Shown here piece by piece: positions 60,201 to 64,000 of a stretch of 64,000 nt of DNA. The notes beneath the pieces were generated by a model. The model saw only the letters and a list, made by a program, of their open reading frames with translations, did no database searches and was not told where the DNA came from. The DNA comes from Antedon mediterranea (Eukaryota > Animalia > Echinodermata), in NCBI RefSeq assembly GCF_964355755.1, contig NC_092673.1, positions 7,502,001 to 7,566,000 on the forward strand. Direction: 5' to 3'. A program made the position numbers and the translations under genes. Position 1 is the first letter of the stretch, and each line of letters begins with the position of its first letter.

Positions 60201-63200
60201 GGCATACTTTATATTATGTTATTTGAATACTTTAACATTACAAAAGTTAATCTAATCAATCACTATTTTTACAGAGTAATAAAAATATCAAGTCCTCTAT
60301 TAAACGGATTGATAAGCATTGGCTGTATTATTCTGTACATCTCAATGGCGTTGTATCAATTGGCTCTGGAAATCAATACAGATTCACATATATTTATATC
60401 TTGCCAGGTAAGAAAACATTAGTTAAATTGTAATATTATGTGTCTTTTAGTATCGATATGCAATCAAGTGATTGTCTGGAATTTTGATTTGAACATTATC
60501 TACTATTTAAACTTGACATTTTAAAGCTGAAAAGTGAAGGAAATCCATTGCCATAAGTCGCAAAAGCACGTGCGGTGATAAGATTGCTAACAGGGCAATC
60601 GTTATCAACTTTTGCCAGTCACAAGATGTATTTGTCCTCTGACATACAGCGAGTCGACACCAGGAACGACGTCTCCTGTTGTTTTGTTATGATGAAACCC
60701 GTCGTAACGAAAAGGGCGTATCCTTCATCAACCAATCTTTGATGTTCATATGTGATATATTCCATGCTGGTGGAAAACTACGAAATTTCTAACTATGCAT
60801 GTAAACACCTGCGGATCCGTTGAAAAGACAATGCGATGAAATGGCAAAATAGGCCATGGATTCTAAAAGGACACCAGCGTTAGTCTGCCTCACAAGGGAC
60901 GTGAAAGTATGCGTAGTCTTGGTCTATTGAGGCTGTCCCGTCTCCTCGTCTTTGTCCCCAGACGATCCTTTGACAGTCTCAGACAAACAAACACTTTCAC
61001 AATCCTGCCCGTCGCCCGTTTTTTTCTGTCAGGAAAACAGTCGACTTGCGTCTCGATACCGTGCATCGTTCGTTTCCGTGTTCAACTGCTTCTTTTCAAG
61101 CAGGGAAGTGAGACAGCCCAAAAGGTTTTGACTCTTTTGCAGAGGTTTGGCCTTGTACATTATTGACTAATTTTTTTAATTTTCGAAACTAATTTGTCGA
61201 GGTTTCGAAACTCTTTGTGCTTCTGCAGGATAACATGACAGCCTTCAACCTAAACAAGGCCATATAGATGGCTGCAGTCGCGTGCTCATTAGTGTTTACC
61301 GACCGACCAACCAACCTACCAACTGACCGAAATTACTGAACATGTTTAAAAATTTTGAAATGTTTAAAAACATTTATATTTCTTTAATTTACACGTGCGT
61401 CACTTTTGACGTGCTCGTATAACGTAATTTTGAGTTGAAAAGTAAGTCAAGAAAACAGAAATCGGGCAAAAAAAGTGCACAAAAAAATCTGCGCACTCAT
61501 GGCAATTTTGTAAACGCTTAAAATTGCCTGAAACGTACACTTATTTCATCGCAAATAAAATTTTGAAATTTTTAAGCGCGCGTACGCATGCGTTACATGC
61601 GCTACGCACGTAATTGTATTGCCATATGATGATTTATGCCCTGAAATTTATGAGTACCAAATTTTATTTAATTGTGATTCGATTCATGGTTGTGAAGATA
61701 TGATTACAAACGTGATTTCGTTAAATCGTGCGTAGACCGCGTAACTTTTTATTGCGCACCGTGAAAACATAACCACATCGATTCCTGGCCATAAGGAATA
61801 TACTGTGAAAAATTGACTTAGCTAGATTAAACTGATATCAAGATAAGGTCAGAAAGAGATAAAACGCATAGTGATACCGGACCGACAGACCGACAGACCG
61901 ACCAACCGACTGAACTATAGAGTAGCGTCCACGCGACTAATAAAAATGTAAACATAAGTTTGATAAATGTTCATCACTATCCTCATTTTTTGTTCATCTA
62001 TTATTCTGTTTGCCAACCAGGCATTATATAATTTAATGTAAACGCCACATTTACCTTAACTTTACCTTTTAAAATATCATGTTGCAATTATTACATTCAA
62101 GCCTATAGGAAAAAAACTGAAAAGGTGATACATTAATGTTGCTGCTATTGATTACAGCTTGGACTGTTTACTACAAGTGTTGGTTTCTCAATGGCATTTG
62201 GGGCGCTTTTTATGAAAACATATCGTGTCTATAGTATCTTCAAAACAAGTATGAAACAACTTCGAACTGCGGTAAGATTTTATTTCATCAGTAAAACACG
62301 TCTTCAACGTTTTTTTTTCCGCCTCGACACAATGTATTTGTTCACATTATTCATTTAACCTTTAAAAAACATATACAATAGATGAGTGATTTACAGAATA
62401 AATTGTTCATTGGCAATGCTGTAAATTTATATAACTATTCTAGAAATAATTAATGGGTCTATGGAAAAGGAGAGTTACTTAAAAAATAGGGCCCTGGGCT
62501 TACATATAAATATATAATAAGCTTGAAAACATTTTCTTTGTAGACTAAAATATCATGTTAGTGTAACCCTAATTACGCTATGTATTTTAAATTTGTGAGA
62601 AAGGTTTAAATTAAAAAATCCTAACGCCAAAATAAATGTGTTTAGGTATACTGTACATATAATAACCATTTGTGGTTTAAACATTACATAGTAGGGAGGT
62701 TTCGCAACCTTACGAATACGATAACGAAAACGGATACGTCATACATTTGTGAAACTTTTGAGCTGATCCCCATTTCATATTCGTAAAGCGTATTCGTGTT
62801 GACGAATATCACCAGTCATATTCGTAACTACAAAACGAGTATAGTTTTTGATCTATTTTGCATATTTTGCATTTGAATTAGGAATGATTAATGATTATTA
62901 TATATATATATATATATATATAGATTTATTGAAAGTAATTTACTAAAGTAATTTACTAAAATGCCAGGTCAATTTAGATAAATAGCAGTTTTTAAAGTCC
63001 TCACTCGCTTTGATGTTACGCTAGGCCTAGGCAGCCAAGCACCAAGCAACACGTACCGTACCTGCGCTTCGCTCAAATTTACCGCAGTCATATTTTGGAC
63101 GCGCCTCAATATTTCGTTGCCATGCGCGAAACAGATTTTTTTATGACTTACGAAAACGAATACGTGTGCGTGACGTATCCGTTTTCGTTATCGTATTTGT

Positions 63201-63490
63201 AAGATTGCGAAACCTCCCTATTAACATTCAACAGAACTGTTACAGTCAAGTAGATTCAATAATACGAAACTAATCCAGCAAATAGTAAGTGTAATCAATG
63301 ATATCATTATGCCGACACCTTTAACTAAACTTATAATATAATATGTATTTTTATATTTAAACAGAAAGGTCTACATAACAGTATGCTATTTTCCTATATT
63401 GCTGTTTTTGTATTTCTCGATATTTTCATCCACGGATTATTCTATTTGTTGAATGATGTTGAACTAGTTTCAAGCGAAGTCAACATTAAG
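45282..63490 (+). CDS. GABA-B receptor-like class C GPCR (Venus flytrap + start of 7TM), 3' end beyond the window
   Basis: 13 in-phase GT-AG exons: 45282-45536, 47410-47547, 48824-48994, 49601-49705, 51707-51772, 52567-52779, 54083-54325, 55139-55202, 55833-55910, 56999-57149, 60275-60407, 62158-62271, 63365-63490. Signal peptide, IYIGGFMP, ILHDYEL, NPARISLFKELGWKR, DSRIIIGLFY..A.RVFCEAYRQNLYGPKHVWMILGWY, YGYD, FDGLTGFVAFD, VPVDG, IKISSPLLN, GFSMAFGALFMKTYRVYSIF. Confidence 0.92.
47853..48614 (+). mobile_element. Helentron/DINE-like repeat family X, full copy
   Basis: 5' aacaaggcc...agtcgcgtg, (GACC/GACA)n microsatellites, conserved core, 3' hairpin agtcgcttccacgcgact followed by aaaaa. Confidence 0.75.
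53149..53492. mobile_element. Kolobok-like MITE with TTAA TSD
   Basis: TTAA-AGATATATTGTCCCC...GGGGACAATACATCT-TTAA. Confidence 0.75.
53502..54008. mobile_element. ~510-bp MITE with ~48-bp TIR (GGGAGGTTTCGCAACCTTACGAATACG...), TA flanks
   Basis: Perfect TIRs; a near-identical copy lies in opposite orientation at 62694-63218. Confidence 0.85.
54370..54870. repeat. Degenerate ~21-bp minisatellite (GCCACTGAACAGTTTGCCAGT-like)
   Basis: Recurring ctga(a/g)cagttt motif with roughly 21-bp period; explains the short ORFs at 54449-55008. Confidence 0.7.
59515..59850 (-). mobile_element. tRNA-headed Deu-domain SINE
   Basis: Minus strand: A-box tggtgtaatgg, B-box-like gttcaa, tccttaggcaag, then ccttcggatgggatgtaaatccg..ggtc...cacgttaaagaac...taggggatcgtctcctggtgt resembling the Deu domain as recalled; short cctt-repeat tail. 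Confidence 0.6.
59853..59968 (-). pseudogene. 5S rRNA-derived sequence (pseudogene or SINE3-type head)
   Basis: Minus strand tacggccatac...acaccggttctcgtcagatcaccgaagttaggcaacgttgggcccggtt...gaccgtctagaaatt...gggtgctgta follows metazoan 5S rRNA; box A intact, box C mutated, no T-run terminator. Confidence 0.85.
61253..61940 (+). mobile_element. Helentron/DINE-like repeat family X, full copy
   Basis: Highly similar to 47853-48614, with the same termini and core. Confidence 0.75.
62694..63218. mobile_element. Second copy of the GGGAGG-TIR MITE, inverted relative to 53502-54008
   Basis: Same TIR; interior is the reverse complement of the first copy, with an expanded (TA)n. Confidence 0.85.
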
Positions 63491-63704
63491 GTAGGTTATT
63501 TTAGTGAGTGAGTAGCCATAGCGTCGGCAAGGGCTACATGGTCCTGAACCCGAATCTTCTGGGAATAGGACTATCAACTGTAGGTCCAGTGTACACATAC
63601 AGTAGCTCATGTGCATCTAGTACATATTTTAGAGACGATTAGGTGGTTACGTCGGTGTACTAGTCCACACACGCACAGCCACTGTAACACACCAGCGACC
63701 AACC

Positions 63705-64000
63705 GGTGATGATGACGATGATTTTGATAACGATGGTGGTGATTGTGGTGGCGGTGATGATTGTTGGCGTTGGTGGCATTGGCGGTGACGATGGTGGTGA
63801 TGGCGGGGAAGTTAGCGATGGTGGTGTTGACGGTGTTGGTGATGTTGACGGAATTGGTGGTGCTGACGGCGTTGGTCGTGTTGACGGCATTGGCGATGAT
63901 AATGATTTTGTTTGTGCCGTTGGCGTGTTGGTGGCGACGGTGATGATGATGGTGGTGATTGTCATAATGGTGGTGGTGGTGGTGGTGATGGCGATGGCGG
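63705..64000. repeat. (GGT/GAT/GGC)n low-complexity trinucleotide repeat
   Basis: Directly visible; gives spurious Pro/Thr-rich and Val-rich ORFs. Confidence 0.85.

Noticed and set aside
63660-63965. Pro/Thr-rich 101-aa ORF
   Set aside because: Translation of an intronic trinucleotide low-complexity tract.

Overview
AT-rich, intron-rich animal genomic DNA. It is probably from an invertebrate deuterostome such as an echinoderm; that is an inference from the Academ and Deu-SINE repeats and the TAGGCCTA-rich introns. Five spliced protein genes were reconstructed by hand. (1) A minus-strand gene (8241-15322) fusing an FkbM-type SAM methyltransferase to a NodB/CE4 polysaccharide-deacetylase-like domain that has lost its catalytic residues. 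(2, 3) Two convergent CDK9 paralogues with identical 4-exon structure (21313-26462 +, 30521-32275 -); the second has its last codons and stop amplified into a 66-bp tandem array. (4) C9orf78/TLS1 (32494-41787 +), head-to-head with the second CDK9 and only 218 bp away. (5) A divergent GABA-B-like class C GPCR (45282 to beyond the window end, +). Intergenic and intronic DNA holds two Academ-type long-TIR elements, a 1.7-kb foldback palindrome just upstream of CDK9-A, CR1 and RTE LINE fragments, Helentron/DINE-like repeats, several MITE families, a 5S+tRNA+Deu-domain SINE-like copy, minisatellites and a decayed Thr-rich mucin-like relic. No prokaryotic systems or CRISPR arrays. All coordinates were read by eye and may be off by a few bases.
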